NCBI GenBank assembly: GCA_030599585.1
Contig: JAUVNS010000005.1
Location: forward strand, 279,121-343,120
Source: Promethearchaeota archaeon
GTDB lineage: Archaea; Asgardarchaeota; Lokiarchaeia; Sigyniarchaeales; SOKP01
Length of the DNA: 64,000 bases
Direction of reading: 5' to 3'
Below the pieces are notes generated by a model. It was not told the origin of the DNA, made no database searches, and worked only from the letters and a program-made list of their open reading frames with translations. A program made the translations under genes and the position numbers. This document shows, piece by piece, positions 40,444 to 50,607 of this stretch (position 1 is its first letter; every line of letters starts with the position of its first letter).

Positions 40444-41535
40444 TTATTGGGGGTTAAAAAAATAATCGATTCGAGAAGGTTTTTGAGGTCTATCAGGATT
40501 AATTTCTTTGGAAAAATGAATAGTATAAATCTTTTTGTGAGAAGCGTAGAGAAGTTTAACAATTTCTAAGGTGTAAATGTTTTGAATCTCGGCGTATTGT
40601 TTTTTTCTGCGAAGTAATTTAAAGATGGGGATCGGTTCGATTTTTCCATAAGGGGTGTAATAGAACGGGGGGTGATGGTTGTGAGGATCGTCATCGTAAT
40701 AAAAATTTCTTGAAGGGCAAAGGTAATAATCTTCCAAAGCGTCGTTTACTCTCCTTCGGGCGTAATTTCTGTAAAATACACCAAGTTTACTGTCGTAATA
40801 ATCTCTAAAATAAAAATAATCCTTCGGGGTTATGTCGGTTTCGTTGATTTCTAAAGAATTTTTCTCTCTTGTAAAAAGTCCGGAAAGAAGTGTGTTCCGT
40901 AACAGTAATTTTTTTCGATATTTCTTTAAAAATTTGATGTGTCTTGAGTATTCTTTTCGCACCAGTTTATGTTTTATATGAAACGTCTGAGTCTTCTGCT
41001 TGTAAGTTTTACCCCCAAACCCTCGATTGCAAATTTCTATTAGTTCTTCTTTGAGTTCTTGGTAGGTTTCGGCAGTCTTGTTTATTAGTTCTCTTGTTTC
41101 GGGCAAAATCTCGTCTTCTTCGTCTTTTTTAGGTCTATAATACTTGTCTAAATTGTTTTCGATGGAAAGAAAAATTGTGAGGGCGGTTGGGTTGAATTGG
41201 GGTGAGGCAATGTTGTGAGTAAACTCTTCTTTTGGTATTTGTTCTATTCTGGAAATCTCACGGCTTAGTTTCCGAACGAATTTATCCTGTTCTTTTTGTA
41301 AAATCCTTTGGGCATTGTCTCTGAAAATTTCTTCGAACTCCGTCATATAGCTATCGCAATATCCTGTCGATTTGTAAAGTCTTTTTGCCTTGTTGTCGTT
41401 AGTGGGGTAAAGGTTGTTTTTACAATCGAGAGAAGAGTGAAATACGCACTTAGCTTTGTCGCAACACTTCCGACCGTATTTCTTAACGCTTGGCTTATGT
41501 TTATCTTTTAAACTTTCTGTCTCGCTCTGGTTCAT
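40444..41535 (-). CDS. Hypothetical basic protein with Cys-rich N-terminus
   Basis: CC..KC....DC...YC cluster; ATGA overlap with upstream gene. Confidence 0.6.
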   Translation of the reverse strand: MNQSETESLKDKHKPSVKKYGRKCCDKAKCVFHSSLDCKNNLYPTNDNKAKRLYKSTGYCDSYMTEFEEIFRDNAQRILQKEQDKFVRKLSREISRIEQIPKEEFTHNIASPQFNPTALTIFLSIENNLDKYYRPKKDEEDEILPETRELINKTAETYQELKEELIEICNRGFGGKTYKQKTQTFHIKHKLVRKEYSRHIKFLKKYRKKLLLRNTLLSGLFTREKNSLEINETDITPKDYFYFRDYYDSKLGVFYRNYARRRVNDALEDYYLCPSRNFYYDDDPHNHHPPFYYTPYGKIEPIPIFKLLRRKKQYAEIQNIYTLEIVKLLYASHKKIYTIHFSKEINPDRPQKPSRIDYFFNPQ

Positions 41536-41912
41536 TTTACCTTACCTCCAAATTCGCGAGAAAAACAATCTTTACACCATTTGTGAAATTCTCTGTAAGT
41601 ATCCGCGACTTCCGGGCAAAAATCGCACTTCATCGAATCAGTTTCGATGTTAAAACCGTTTTGGTAGGAATTTAAAATGGAATCAATTACTAAATAAATC
41701 TCGAACACCTGCTCTTTTGCTCTGGTCAAATCGTTTTTGACCGTCAAAATGTCTATCGACCCCTGCTCTTTTAGTTTTGCTAGCAAGTTTTGGGTTGAGT
41801 TGAATGAGTTGAACAAACCGATAAAGGTAATATTTTTTAATTTTTTGACTTGGTAGTTCTCAGGGGTTGGATCGCGTTTTTTTTCTTCACTGAAATTTGC
41901 TAATTCTAACAT
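41532..41912 (-). CDS. Hypothetical protein with C-terminal Zn finger
   Basis: CDFC...CKDC. Confidence 0.55.
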   Translation of the reverse strand: MLELANFSEEKKRDPTPENYQVKKLKNITFIGLFNSFNSTQNLLAKLKEQGSIDILTVKNDLTRAKEQVFEIYLVIDSILNSYQNGFNIETDSMKCDFCPEVADTYREFHKWCKDCFSREFGGKVK

Positions 41913-42012
41913 TTTTAATCAGGTATGTTTTTGATTTTTGGTAAGATAGGTAGGACTTAGCGGATATAAAAACTAAAAGAAGTAGTTGGATTAATGAATT
42001 GCGTCAAAAAAA

Positions 42013-42108
42013 GGGTGAGGATTGAGGAGAGTGGCAGGCTCTCCCTAATCCGTTAAAATAGTGAAGGTTACTGGTCTTAATTTTTGTGAGTATTTAAATA
42101 AAAAATGA
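42013..42108 (-). ncRNA. Promoter plus putative ~60-nt hairpin small RNA, copy A
   Basis: TTTAAATA box, hairpin GGATT.GGGAGAG/CTCTCC..AATCC, oligo-T end; homologous to 49566..49662. Confidence 0.55.
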
Positions 42109-42251
42109 CTATTGGAATACTAATTTCCATCGCGTAGCCCTTAAACCCTTCTTTAGTTAAACCTTACTAATCGAGGAGGAAAAGGTATAGTTTTGTTATC
42201 AAACGCGTATATTTGTAAACAAAATAACGCAAAAGTAGACAATTACAAGTG

Positions 42252-43214
42252 TTAATCAATAAGGATTCGAATAGAATCTTTTTTAAGACCTTCTGGAATA
42301 GATTTTATTGGATTTCGATAGAGTTGAATAAATTCTAACGACTTCAATTCAATTATAGAACTAGGAAGTTCTGATATTTTATTCCCGCCCAACTTAAAAG
42401 TTTTAAGAGATTCTAAACCGCTGATCTCGTTTGGTAATCGTTCCAAACGATTATTCACCAAAGAAAAATACCTCAAGTTTTTGAGATTACCTATAGATTT
42501 AGGTAATGACTTTAAGCGATTGTTTTTTATATCGGTTTTTGTTAAACTTTCGAGACTTCCAAAACCTTCAGGTAAAATTTCGATCTCGTTATAAAGTAAG
42601 TAAAAAATCTTTAATGATTTTAACTCCCCTATTGACTCTGGTAGTATTTTTATGTGATTATGAGACAACGAAAGATGGTCAAGCTTCTTTAATTTACCAA
42701 TCGAACTCGGAATTGAAGTGATTTCGTTCCCTGACAAATCTAACTTTTTAAGAGAGGTAACTTCTGGTATAGATTCTGGGAAAGTTGTTAATCTGTTATC
42801 CATTAGGGAAAGAATTTCAAGCGATTTTAAGTTTTTTATTGAGTCGGAAACGTCACTAATCTCGTTTCTGTCTAACCCTAATAATTTCAACTTTTCAAAC
42901 TCCCAGACTGCTTGAGGGATGGAAAAAATAGGATCGTCTATTTCTGATCCTAACCAAAGTTCAACTATATGTCTTTTTTCAACGCTAATCTGTATATAGC
43001 AGTCAACAATGTCTCTTAACTTTTTAAGACAAGTGTAATCTTTGGGATTTAGGCCATTGATGACGATTTTTTTTATTTGCGTATAATCAGAAGGGGGATC
43101 AAATCCACACGTGGGCTCAAGAGGATCCCATCCGTTCAATTCTACTTTTTCCATATTAGAAAATTTCTTCTTATAGTGATATATTGTCTTTCTTAGCATA
43201 TTAGTTAGGATCAA
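42252..43214 (-). CDS. Leucine-rich repeat protein
   Basis: About 9 LxxLxLxxNxLxxLPxSIGxL repeats. Confidence 0.92.
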   Translation of the reverse strand: MILTNMLRKTIYHYKKKFSNMEKVELNGWDPLEPTCGFDPPSDYTQIKKIVINGLNPKDYTCLKKLRDIVDCYIQISVEKRHIVELWLGSEIDDPIFSIPQAVWEFEKLKLLGLDRNEISDVSDSIKNLKSLEILSLMDNRLTTFPESIPEVTSLKKLDLSGNEITSIPSSIGKLKKLDHLSLSHNHIKILPESIGELKSLKIFYLLYNEIEILPEGFGSLESLTKTDIKNNRLKSLPKSIGNLKNLRYFSLVNNRLERLPNEISGLESLKTFKLGGNKISELPSSIIELKSLEFIQLYRNPIKSIPEGLKKDSIRILID

Positions 43215-43269
43215 AAATAAAAAAAAAAGAAGTTAATATTTGATGCCAAATTCGAGGCTTAAAATTTAC

Positions 43270-45213
43270 TTACTTGTTAATCATAGCTAAAAATTCTTCT
43301 TCCGTTATGATCTTCGAACCTTGTTCTTGAGCTTTAGTGTATTTACTGGTTTGCTCGGTGCTATTGGTTACCAAATACGACAAATTTGTTACCACCCCGC
43401 TTTTTGGAGTGCCGCCGTGTTCGGTTACTAAAGCGTTGGCTTCGTTTCTATTCATAGTCTCGAGTTTTCCCGTAAAACAAAAGGTTAGTCCCTCTAATTT
43501 ATTACTTCCCATTTTCCTCCTCCTTATTGTTATTTTATTAGTTTTTAGAGTTTGCTGCATGTCAAAATATAGCGCGTGAAACTCGGTGTAAAACTGGTTA
43601 GCGGTAATGTCGGCAAATAACTCTACCCTCTTTAAATCGTGGACGGTTGCGTTGCTGATTTTCTCTAAAGTGTCGTATCCCGCCTGAACAATTTTTTCCA
43701 CTAACGATTCTCCGATGTTTTCGAGGTCGAATCCACCTACAAATTTTGCCAGAGGGATTTGTTTTACCGCAAGTAAGTTGTTTAACGCTTTCTGAGCTGA
43801 TTTTTCTCCAACTCTATCCAATTTGGTAAGGTCTGATACCTTTAAGTCATACAAGTCGGCTATTTTCTTGACTTTTCCAGAGCTAAAGAGTTGTTTTAGA
43901 ATGAGTTCGCCGAAATTTTTCACGTCGAGTTTTTTAATCCACCTTAAAAGTCTATGATACGCTCTTTTGGGACATTCTTTGTTAGGACAATACAACCGAG
44001 TGCCTTCGTTAACTAAGACGGTGCTACAAGCGTTGCATATGGATGGATACTGCACTTTTTTTGCTTCTGGTGGAGTGTGGATAACCCTCTCGATCTTTGG
44101 AATGATATCGCCTCTTTTTGAAACGATGACCCTCGAACCGATTTTTAGGTTAAGTTCATTTACTAAGCTTGGGTTGGCTAAACTCGCTCTCTTGACCGTA
44201 GTCCCGGCAATTAGTACTGGTTCGATAATACCGATGGGCGTGTAATTAGCACCAGATTCGCTCCATTCCACGTCTATTACGGTGGATTCTATCTCCTCTG
44301 GATCGAATTTGAAGGCAATTTGTTTTTTCGGTCTTGCTCTTTGCATGTCTTCCAAGTCAATCACGTTTCCCTTTATCACCAAACCATCGATATCGAAGTT
44401 AAGCTGTGCTCTCATAGAGGCCATCACTTCGTCCCTAAAACTTACCACCTCGTTAGTCGATTTGAAAAAATATGTTCTAACTACTTTAAATTGGTTTGTT
44501 TTTAACCATTCTATCTTTTTTCCCTCGTCTTTGAATTTATAGTTAGGATTCTTGCTTATAGCGTCGTAAGCTAAGATAGTTAAATCTTCACTTCCTTTAC
44601 CGTCCTTTCTTTTGGTGATTCCGCTAGCCATATTTCTGCTGTTCTTTGCTTCGGGATAGTTCTTGTTGAATATACACTTGGTTAAAACGATTTCACCTCT
44701 TATAGCTCCAGTAAATTCGGGATTTATCTCAGGAACAAAGAACTGCATCTTCTTTAAGTTGTTTGAAATATCATCTCCGATTTGTCCATCGCCCCGAGTC
44801 ACTCCGCATTTAAACATTCCTTTAATGTATTGAAGTTCTACGCTTATTCCATCTAGTTTGAATTGTGTAATAAAAAGATCGTAATTCATCTTCCTTGCCC
44901 ACTTGGTAAACTCGGCAGAATTTGTCACCTTAGCTTGCGAATTCATCGGAATTATGTGTCTAATCTTATTAAGAGAAGTATCATAATCGTAACCAACTTT
45001 GGTAAATACTTCGTTATCAGGATCGAGTAGTTTTAGTTCGTCCCAGAGTTTGTCGAATTCAGCGTCAGAAATTTCTGGTTGGGCGTTGTAATAAAGATGT
45101 TGGTGGTATTCTATTTGTTCTTGTAAGATTTTAATTCGATCTGATTTAGGTCGATTATTTGAAGACTTTTCTCCCGAAGAGACCGAGTCAAACAATTTTA
45201 ACTGTTTTCCCAC
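43270..45213 (-). CDS. ligA: NAD-dependent DNA ligase
   Basis: YYNAQPEISDAEFDKL, KLDG, TRGDG, DGLVIK, GDIIP, Zn finger, HhH, C-terminal BRCT (FCFTG...ITEEEF). Confidence 0.95.
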   Translation of the reverse strand: MGKQLKLFDSVSSGEKSSNNRPKSDRIKILQEQIEYHQHLYYNAQPEISDAEFDKLWDELKLLDPDNEVFTKVGYDYDTSLNKIRHIIPMNSQAKVTNSAEFTKWARKMNYDLFITQFKLDGISVELQYIKGMFKCGVTRGDGQIGDDISNNLKKMQFFVPEINPEFTGAIRGEIVLTKCIFNKNYPEAKNSRNMASGITKRKDGKGSEDLTILAYDAISKNPNYKFKDEGKKIEWLKTNQFKVVRTYFFKSTNEVVSFRDEVMASMRAQLNFDIDGLVIKGNVIDLEDMQRARPKKQIAFKFDPEEIESTVIDVEWSESGANYTPIGIIEPVLIAGTTVKRASLANPSLVNELNLKIGSRVIVSKRGDIIPKIERVIHTPPEAKKVQYPSICNACSTVLVNEGTRLYCPNKECPKRAYHRLLRWIKKLDVKNFGELILKQLFSSGKVKKIADLYDLKVSDLTKLDRVGEKSAQKALNNLLAVKQIPLAKFVGGFDLENIGESLVEKIVQAGYDTLEKISNATVHDLKRVELFADITANQFYTEFHALYFDMQQTLKTNKITIRRRKMGSNKLEGLTFCFTGKLETMNRNEANALVTEHGGTPKSGVVTNLSYLVTNSTEQTSKYTKAQEQGSKIITEEEFLAMINK

Positions 45214-45384
45214 GTGATTTTCATCTCGTATATTTTGATATTGGGTTTTAATTTGAATTTTGGTTAAAGAATTATACGCACCTTAGCCTTAAAAAGTCTA
45301 TTACTTCTCGAAATTAATGATTTCTGGAGTTAAAACAAAAAAGATCGATAATTAAAATTAAAAGTAAGTTTTGAGTGTTATCTA

Positions 45385-46890
45385 TTAAAAATCAATTTTT
45401 TCAATATATTTAGCTATCTGATTTTTTGATGGATTAAAATAATTTTTCCAAATTGGAAATATTTTTTTGCTAACGATTTGATATATTTTCATATTTCTTT
45501 TAACTAATTTCGAATTTTTTATTTTCAATAAATTTTTAGTGACTTGATATAAATTAACCGTATATGGTAAAAATTCTTTTTCGCAAAATTTGTTAAGTTC
45601 ATACGTTAAAGGCCATAGATCTTCAAAACCAGTTTTAAGGTAATCGTGTTTAAAAGCTTGAAATCCGTGTAAATGGTGAAAATCAATAGGAATTTTATCA
45701 ACCTGGTCATCTTTATCTATAAAAATATCAGAAGTAAGCGGCGATAATTTCAAATTATGAAGTTCGTACCAAGATAGATTTAATCTTGCAAATTTGGATA
45801 CTTCCAAACGTATATCTTCTTTAGTTTGGTTAGGAACGCCTATAACAAAGGTTCCCAATGTAGCAATTCCATAGAAGTTTAATTTGTCGATTAATTTTGG
45901 TAAATCTACATTTGTGTTTTTTTTGTATTTTTTTGTAAAACTTTCGATTCCAATTAAAATAGTATCAAATCTTAAACTAGAATTAGTAATTCTCTCAAAA
46001 TCAAGATTTTTCAACGATGAAGAAGTAGTAGGAAGATACAAAGGAAAATCTCCTTTTATATTCTCAAAAAGTTCAAATAACTCGTACCACCATTTTTTAT
46101 AAATTATGGCGGTTGGCTCAGCAAATTGGATAGTGAATGTTTTATTTCCATTCTTTTTTTTATAATCAATAATAAAATCAAACATTTCTTGAGGGGTGAT
46201 TATATTTTTACTAAATTCATTATGAAATAATTTATTTGTTTGACAAAAATTACAATCATTAGGACAACCAATTTTGTTTGTTATTATTAAAACGTCTCTT
46301 ATTACCTTATTATTTCCCACCTTTGCAACGATTTGATAGGGAATTGAACCAATATTATATTGTTCGTTAATATCTTCGTTTAAAATCTCTCTTAAGAAGG
46401 GTACACCTCTTCCTTTGCAAACATAATCTACGTAATTCTCAATTATTGGATATACTGAACCGTATCCTCCAGCTATAATTGTTATCTCAGGATAATGAGT
46501 TCTCACCAATTTAGTACATTCTATAAAATTAGTAAAATCGTTTGTGATTACGCTAAACCCTACGTGTGAATATTTTTCTTTTTTTAATTCATACAAAAGT
46601 TTATCTTTGGTACAACGTCCTTCGATAACCGTAGTAGGTGTTTTAAGATTATTTTTAATAAAATGTCCTGTAATATTTGCGCCTCCTATACCATTAGTTT
46701 GAAAATATTCTTGAGGCCATGGGATTTCACTTTCAAAAATTTGGGGTTTGATCCACTTTTTTGCAAAAGGATATGTTTTATTGAGGACTGATAAAAATTC
46801 TTTTGGATTATTAAATACTACGTTTTTAGTTGACATCCCATTATAACACTGACAAAATAGTAACTTATTTAACATTTTTGTTAACCACAC
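45385..46890 (-). CDS. Cobalamin-binding radical SAM protein
   Basis: IIAGGYG...DYVCKGRG B12-binding-like region; GCPNDCNFC; GIES; FVIG. Confidence 0.8.
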   Translation of the reverse strand: MWLTKMLNKLLFCQCYNGMSTKNVVFNNPKEFLSVLNKTYPFAKKWIKPQIFESEIPWPQEYFQTNGIGGANITGHFIKNNLKTPTTVIEGRCTKDKLLYELKKEKYSHVGFSVITNDFTNFIECTKLVRTHYPEITIIAGGYGSVYPIIENYVDYVCKGRGVPFLREILNEDINEQYNIGSIPYQIVAKVGNNKVIRDVLIITNKIGCPNDCNFCQTNKLFHNEFSKNIITPQEMFDFIIDYKKKNGNKTFTIQFAEPTAIIYKKWWYELFELFENIKGDFPLYLPTTSSSLKNLDFERITNSSLRFDTILIGIESFTKKYKKNTNVDLPKLIDKLNFYGIATLGTFVIGVPNQTKEDIRLEVSKFARLNLSWYELHNLKLSPLTSDIFIDKDDQVDKIPIDFHHLHGFQAFKHDYLKTGFEDLWPLTYELNKFCEKEFLPYTVNLYQVTKNLLKIKNSKLVKRNMKIYQIVSKKIFPIWKNYFNPSKNQIAKYIEKIDF

Positions 46891-47206
46891 TTATAATTTA
46901 TTTACTCACAAAATAAAGTAATTTTATATAAAGGAAAAATTGTAAAAACATCGGAACACGATTCTAAAAAATAATAAAAAAAGAAAAATAAAATTCGCAG
47001 TTTTATTTCTTTGCTCTGTTATGACAATATAAGAAAAATTATTATTTTATAATCGTAATTTAAACCAGATTTGTGGTCAAAAGCGTACAAATGTAAACAA
47101 AAGCATACATTCGAGATATAAAATTACCTTACCCACAATACGAGGTGAGGCCGAATTTTGATGTAAGGTCCTAGCTTTATCTTGATCTTTTTTCTCAATG
47201 AAATTT

Positions 47207-48661
47207 TTAGAATTCTTTGTTAAACATATTCCTCACCAAATTATACACGTAGTTGCCTTTTACGCCTTTGGAAGTTATCCATATACAGTTCGAACTGTCG
47301 ATCACTTTGTAGGAAACGCCTTCGACGGAAAAATTGCAAGCGGTGTACGTGGTATTACCCATTTTATGAGAATGTACGACCTCCTTACTAATTTCGTAAG
47401 AGATTTTTAGCTCGTCTAAAGTTCGCAACAACGCAGAATACGATTTTGGCTTCATATATCTAAACCTCTTCTCTACTTCTTTTTTATTTAGAGCAATTTT
47501 ACCTTGAATAGTTTTACTTACAGATTTTCTGTTGTTTAAGTCGTTTACCCTAACCTCTCTTTCTTTTTTCTGCTCTGCGTATTTTTCTCTTCGGTAAGCG
47601 CGAAGGTATTCATTTCGTCTAACCCTATTATTAAACCTAACGCACCTTAATTTCATAGCGGTCAGCTCCTTAACCTTTAACTTTTCTAAGTAATTTTCAA
47701 TATTATTTTCTACTATAATTCTCGTTACTTTTAATGGTCGGTGAACCTTACGCGCAATTTCTCGATAACTTAATTTTTCATTTCTAAGCCGGCACGCCGT
47801 GAGGATTTCTTGCTGTGTAATGCGGTATCGAACATTATAATTACTGTAATCGCCCAAATTTTGCTCCAAGACGGAGATTATTTTATCTTGTGGCAAATTT
47901 ACACACTTAGCAATATCATCTAGAGTCCGACCTGAGCGCCACAATGCTTCGATTTCTTCTTTTCTCGTTCTGGCGTTAATCTCGAGTTGGGAAGCTTTTT
48001 CGTTAATTTTGCGTTTCATTAATTCAAAAGAAGGTTTAAGACCAAGAGTATTTGGAATATTTAAGTAAGGAAAAATTTTATTTGAAACAGAGGTGTAAAT
48101 AGTACTCTGGCAGATGCCAGCTCTTTCGGATATTAGTTTTATAGTAACGCCTTGAAGGCCTAACGAAATAGACGTGAGAGCGCAAATTACTGCCGCAACG
48201 ATCTCTTCTTTTTTATGCTGTATAAGCGGATAAAAAAGGGTAAAAAGAGCCAAAGCGTTCGCAATAGTTAGCGGTTTTGCTTTGAAGCTTCTTAAAATCG
48301 TTGCAATGTATTTCTTAGTAATGGTCTTTTTATCGCGTATGGTATAATCAGGATAAAATTTTAACACTTTTTTTAAATTCGTCGTAAACCCTTTGTATTT
48401 TAAGTTAAAATAATCCAAAAAATTGGGAAGGACTATTAGAATTCCCCGCGTTTTCAAAAAAATGTAAAATACAATCGGACCAAGCTTATCTAAAGCAGTA
48501 AACTGCGTGTGAGGGTTCACTATATCTCTTACTTGGTAATAAAAATGGACGAAATCGTCGCAATCGCCGTTTAATTTTTTGACTTGTAAAAATTCTAGCG
48601 CGCCCAAGTAGAATTTACTTACTTCGTTTTCTTGTTGTTTTTCTACTGCTATTGTTTCCAT
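47207..48661 (-). CDS. TFB-like cyclin-fold protein with C-terminal HTH domains, paralog 1
   Basis: Two cyclin-repeat-like segments (EIVAAVICAL...IKLISERAGICQSTI); LSYREIARKV HTH; no N-terminal Zn ribbon. Confidence 0.6.
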   Translation of the reverse strand: METIAVEKQQENEVSKFYLGALEFLQVKKLNGDCDDFVHFYYQVRDIVNPHTQFTALDKLGPIVFYIFLKTRGILIVLPNFLDYFNLKYKGFTTNLKKVLKFYPDYTIRDKKTITKKYIATILRSFKAKPLTIANALALFTLFYPLIQHKKEEIVAAVICALTSISLGLQGVTIKLISERAGICQSTIYTSVSNKIFPYLNIPNTLGLKPSFELMKRKINEKASQLEINARTRKEEIEALWRSGRTLDDIAKCVNLPQDKIISVLEQNLGDYSNYNVRYRITQQEILTACRLRNEKLSYREIARKVHRPLKVTRIIVENNIENYLEKLKVKELTAMKLRCVRFNNRVRRNEYLRAYRREKYAEQKKEREVRVNDLNNRKSVSKTIQGKIALNKKEVEKRFRYMKPKSYSALLRTLDELKISYEISKEVVHSHKMGNTTYTACNFSVEGVSYKVIDSSNCIWITSKGVKGNYVYNLVRNMFNKEF

Positions 48662-48839
48662 TTAATTTAACCTTTTAATCACATTTTAATCATTTCTATT
48701 TAAAAGAAAAATTATACAAAAATAGTGATAAAGATATCTTTCTGCTGTATTTATTATAGTTAAGACAAGAATAATCATTTTATCTTTAATATAATGTTAT
48801 AAGAGATTCTGCGTGACTGGACGGTATTTTATAAAAAGT

Positions 48840-49125
48840 TTATAAAAAGTAATTTTTTTTATTATAATAAATTGGGTTAAAATCAAGAAGGCTAGGATGT
48901 CGTAACAGAAAGTGTTTCATAATATACTTGGAGTACGCGGGTGGGATTGCCTCAGTTAGAGGGTGTCTACTGGGTAACACCGGACCAAGCGTAGGGTGGT
49001 TGATTGAAACTCGGTACTTTTCGTCTTTCCATTCGAAAGGAATCCAGTCTATTTCCATTGCTTCGGACCAATCGTCGTAAGTTCTAACAAAGTATCCCTC
49101 TTTCTCGCGCCTTCCATCTGGTTGC
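48840..49125 (-). pseudogene. C-terminal remnant of a phage-type C5 DNA methyltransferase
   Basis: WSEAMEIDW...LTEAIPPAYSKYI matches the AMGIDW...EAIPPAY C-terminus of small phage cytosine MTases; catalytic N-terminus replaced by repeats. Confidence 0.6.
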
Positions 49126-49145
49126 AAAGTTAATATCTGGTTAAT

Positions 49146-49381
49146 ATCTGGTTGCGACACTTTAGTGAAACGCAGTCGCACAAAGATTAAACCGAAGGAT
49201 TCATATCCAAAATCGTTGTGCTACGGAGAGAAACGAGTTACGCGCAACCTGGTGGCGTAAAGTAAGCAAATTTCCATCTGGTTGCGACACTTAAGCGGAA
49301 CGGAGCTCAACCAAACTGAGCAAACCGAAGGATTCATATATAGCGAATGGTCGCGAAGTTCAGCGAGTTACGCGCAACCTG
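49146..49381. repeat. Two 106-bp structured units at 130-bp period with three invariant blocks
   Basis: ATCTGGTTGCGACACTT / AAACCGAAGGATTCATAT / CGAGTTACGCGCAACCTG conserved; intervening segments differ. Confidence 0.9.
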
Positions 49382-49565
49382 TTTAAAAAATTCCCGGCGA
49401 AATTATCTAATTCGGCGCTTTTGTTCCTGCTGAGAAAAAACAAGATTTTATCATCTTTTTCTTTTACCATTTTCTGCCGATCCATACTATAAAACATAAG
49501 AATTAGAAGATTTAAAAACTAAGGGAAGCAAAAGGATTAATAATTTGTGTTCAGACAAGCGTGGG

Positions 49566-49662
49566 GGGTGAGGACAAGAGAGAGCTGGTGCGGACTCTCT
49601 CCAATCCGTATGGTAGTGAAGGACAAAAACTTCTATCTTCGTGAGTATTTAAACAAAAAATG
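49566..49662 (-). ncRNA. Promoter plus putative hairpin small RNA, copy B
   Basis: Same blocks and 18-nt spacing as 42013..42108; hairpin retained despite substitutions. Confidence 0.55.
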
Positions 49663-49773
49663 CAAAATTTTTCCAAGTATAAAAAAGTAATAACATCAAA
49701 TAAATCTGGGAACTACATTTAAATATTCATTTTATTCTGTGGTAAAAAAAAAGAAATAAAAAAAGGAAAAAAA

Positions 49774-50607
49774 TTATTTTACTAGGTTATATCCTTTTAC
49801 TTGCTTTTTTTGACAGCAATACCAGGCGACTTCTTTAGCATCTTTTCCAAGTATAAAAAAGCCCGACAAGTCGGCAAACCATTCGCTTAGACCGAAACCT
49901 TTTGTAATGTATCGCATCATAATGTCAAACGGGTTCCTAAATCGAGAAACTATTATTTCTCCAGAAAAAAGAGATTTATGTGGTTTTGGTTCGAAGCTAA
50001 CTTGACCGACGAGAAAGTAATCTTCTAATAGTTCGGAAAGTTCTGCAACTATCTTGAAGTCTTGATTGTAAAGTTCAATAGTTGTAACTGGCTTGGCACC
50101 GATAAAGGCTCGTACGACTTGATCTTTCGTTCCACCGTCGCTATAAATGTGGTGGTAATCGTCAATAATTTCTTCTAATATTCCAACTCGCTCTTGCGAA
50201 CAGTATTCCGATAGGTCTTGAAGGGTTCTACCGGATAATACGTGTGACAAGTCAGCAAGATTATCTAACTTGGAGTCCCATTTGTAGGAGTAATAGTGAA
50301 ACGATGTTTCGAAAAGATTTTTAAACCGGGAGAGAAGTATCAATTTCGAACGCGTGGATCTACTTGATCTGTCTTTGAAAGGAATTGCCCCAGCGTAAAA
50401 AAATTCGCCTAAATCCCTAACAAATTGTTCTATCTTTTCGTCTTTTGTGTCTGGCAAGATAAACATTGTTGCAGGGGTTTCGAACCTGTAGGCGTTAATT
50501 ATTTGATCCTTTATCCCAGTATTGTTAAGTAAATTGTGGTAATTGTCGAGGATCGAGGTTAAATTTTCGCTTTTTTGGTCCATTACAATAGCTACTATTT
50601 TACACAC
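49774..50607 (-). CDS. Hypothetical protein made of two tandem homologous ~130-aa domains
   Basis: ILDNYH...KDQIINAY...SRFKNLFE...LADLS vs IIDDYH...KDQVVRAF...SRFRNPFD...FADLS. Confidence 0.7.
   Translation of the reverse strand: MCKIVAIVMDQKSENLTSILDNYHNLLNNTGIKDQIINAYRFETPATMFILPDTKDEKIEQFVRDLGEFFYAGAIPFKDRSSRSTRSKLILLSRFKNLFETSFHYYSYKWDSKLDNLADLSHVLSGRTLQDLSEYCSQERVGILEEIIDDYHHIYSDGGTKDQVVRAFIGAKPVTTIELYNQDFKIVAELSELLEDYFLVGQVSFEPKPHKSLFSGEIIVSRFRNPFDIMMRYITKGFGLSEWFADLSGFFILGKDAKEVAWYCCQKKQVKGYNLVK

Noticed and set aside
42252-43214. LRR protein as novel defence sensor
   Set aside because: LRR proteins are abundant in Lokiarchaeia and no effector domain (TIR, ROC) is present
49146-49381. 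Integron attC sites, TIGR array or BHB introns
   Set aside because: Units run GTT...AAC (reverse of attC) and the inter-unit alternative is only 46 bp; no box C/D motifs or short paired spacers; internal loop is not bulge-helix-bulge
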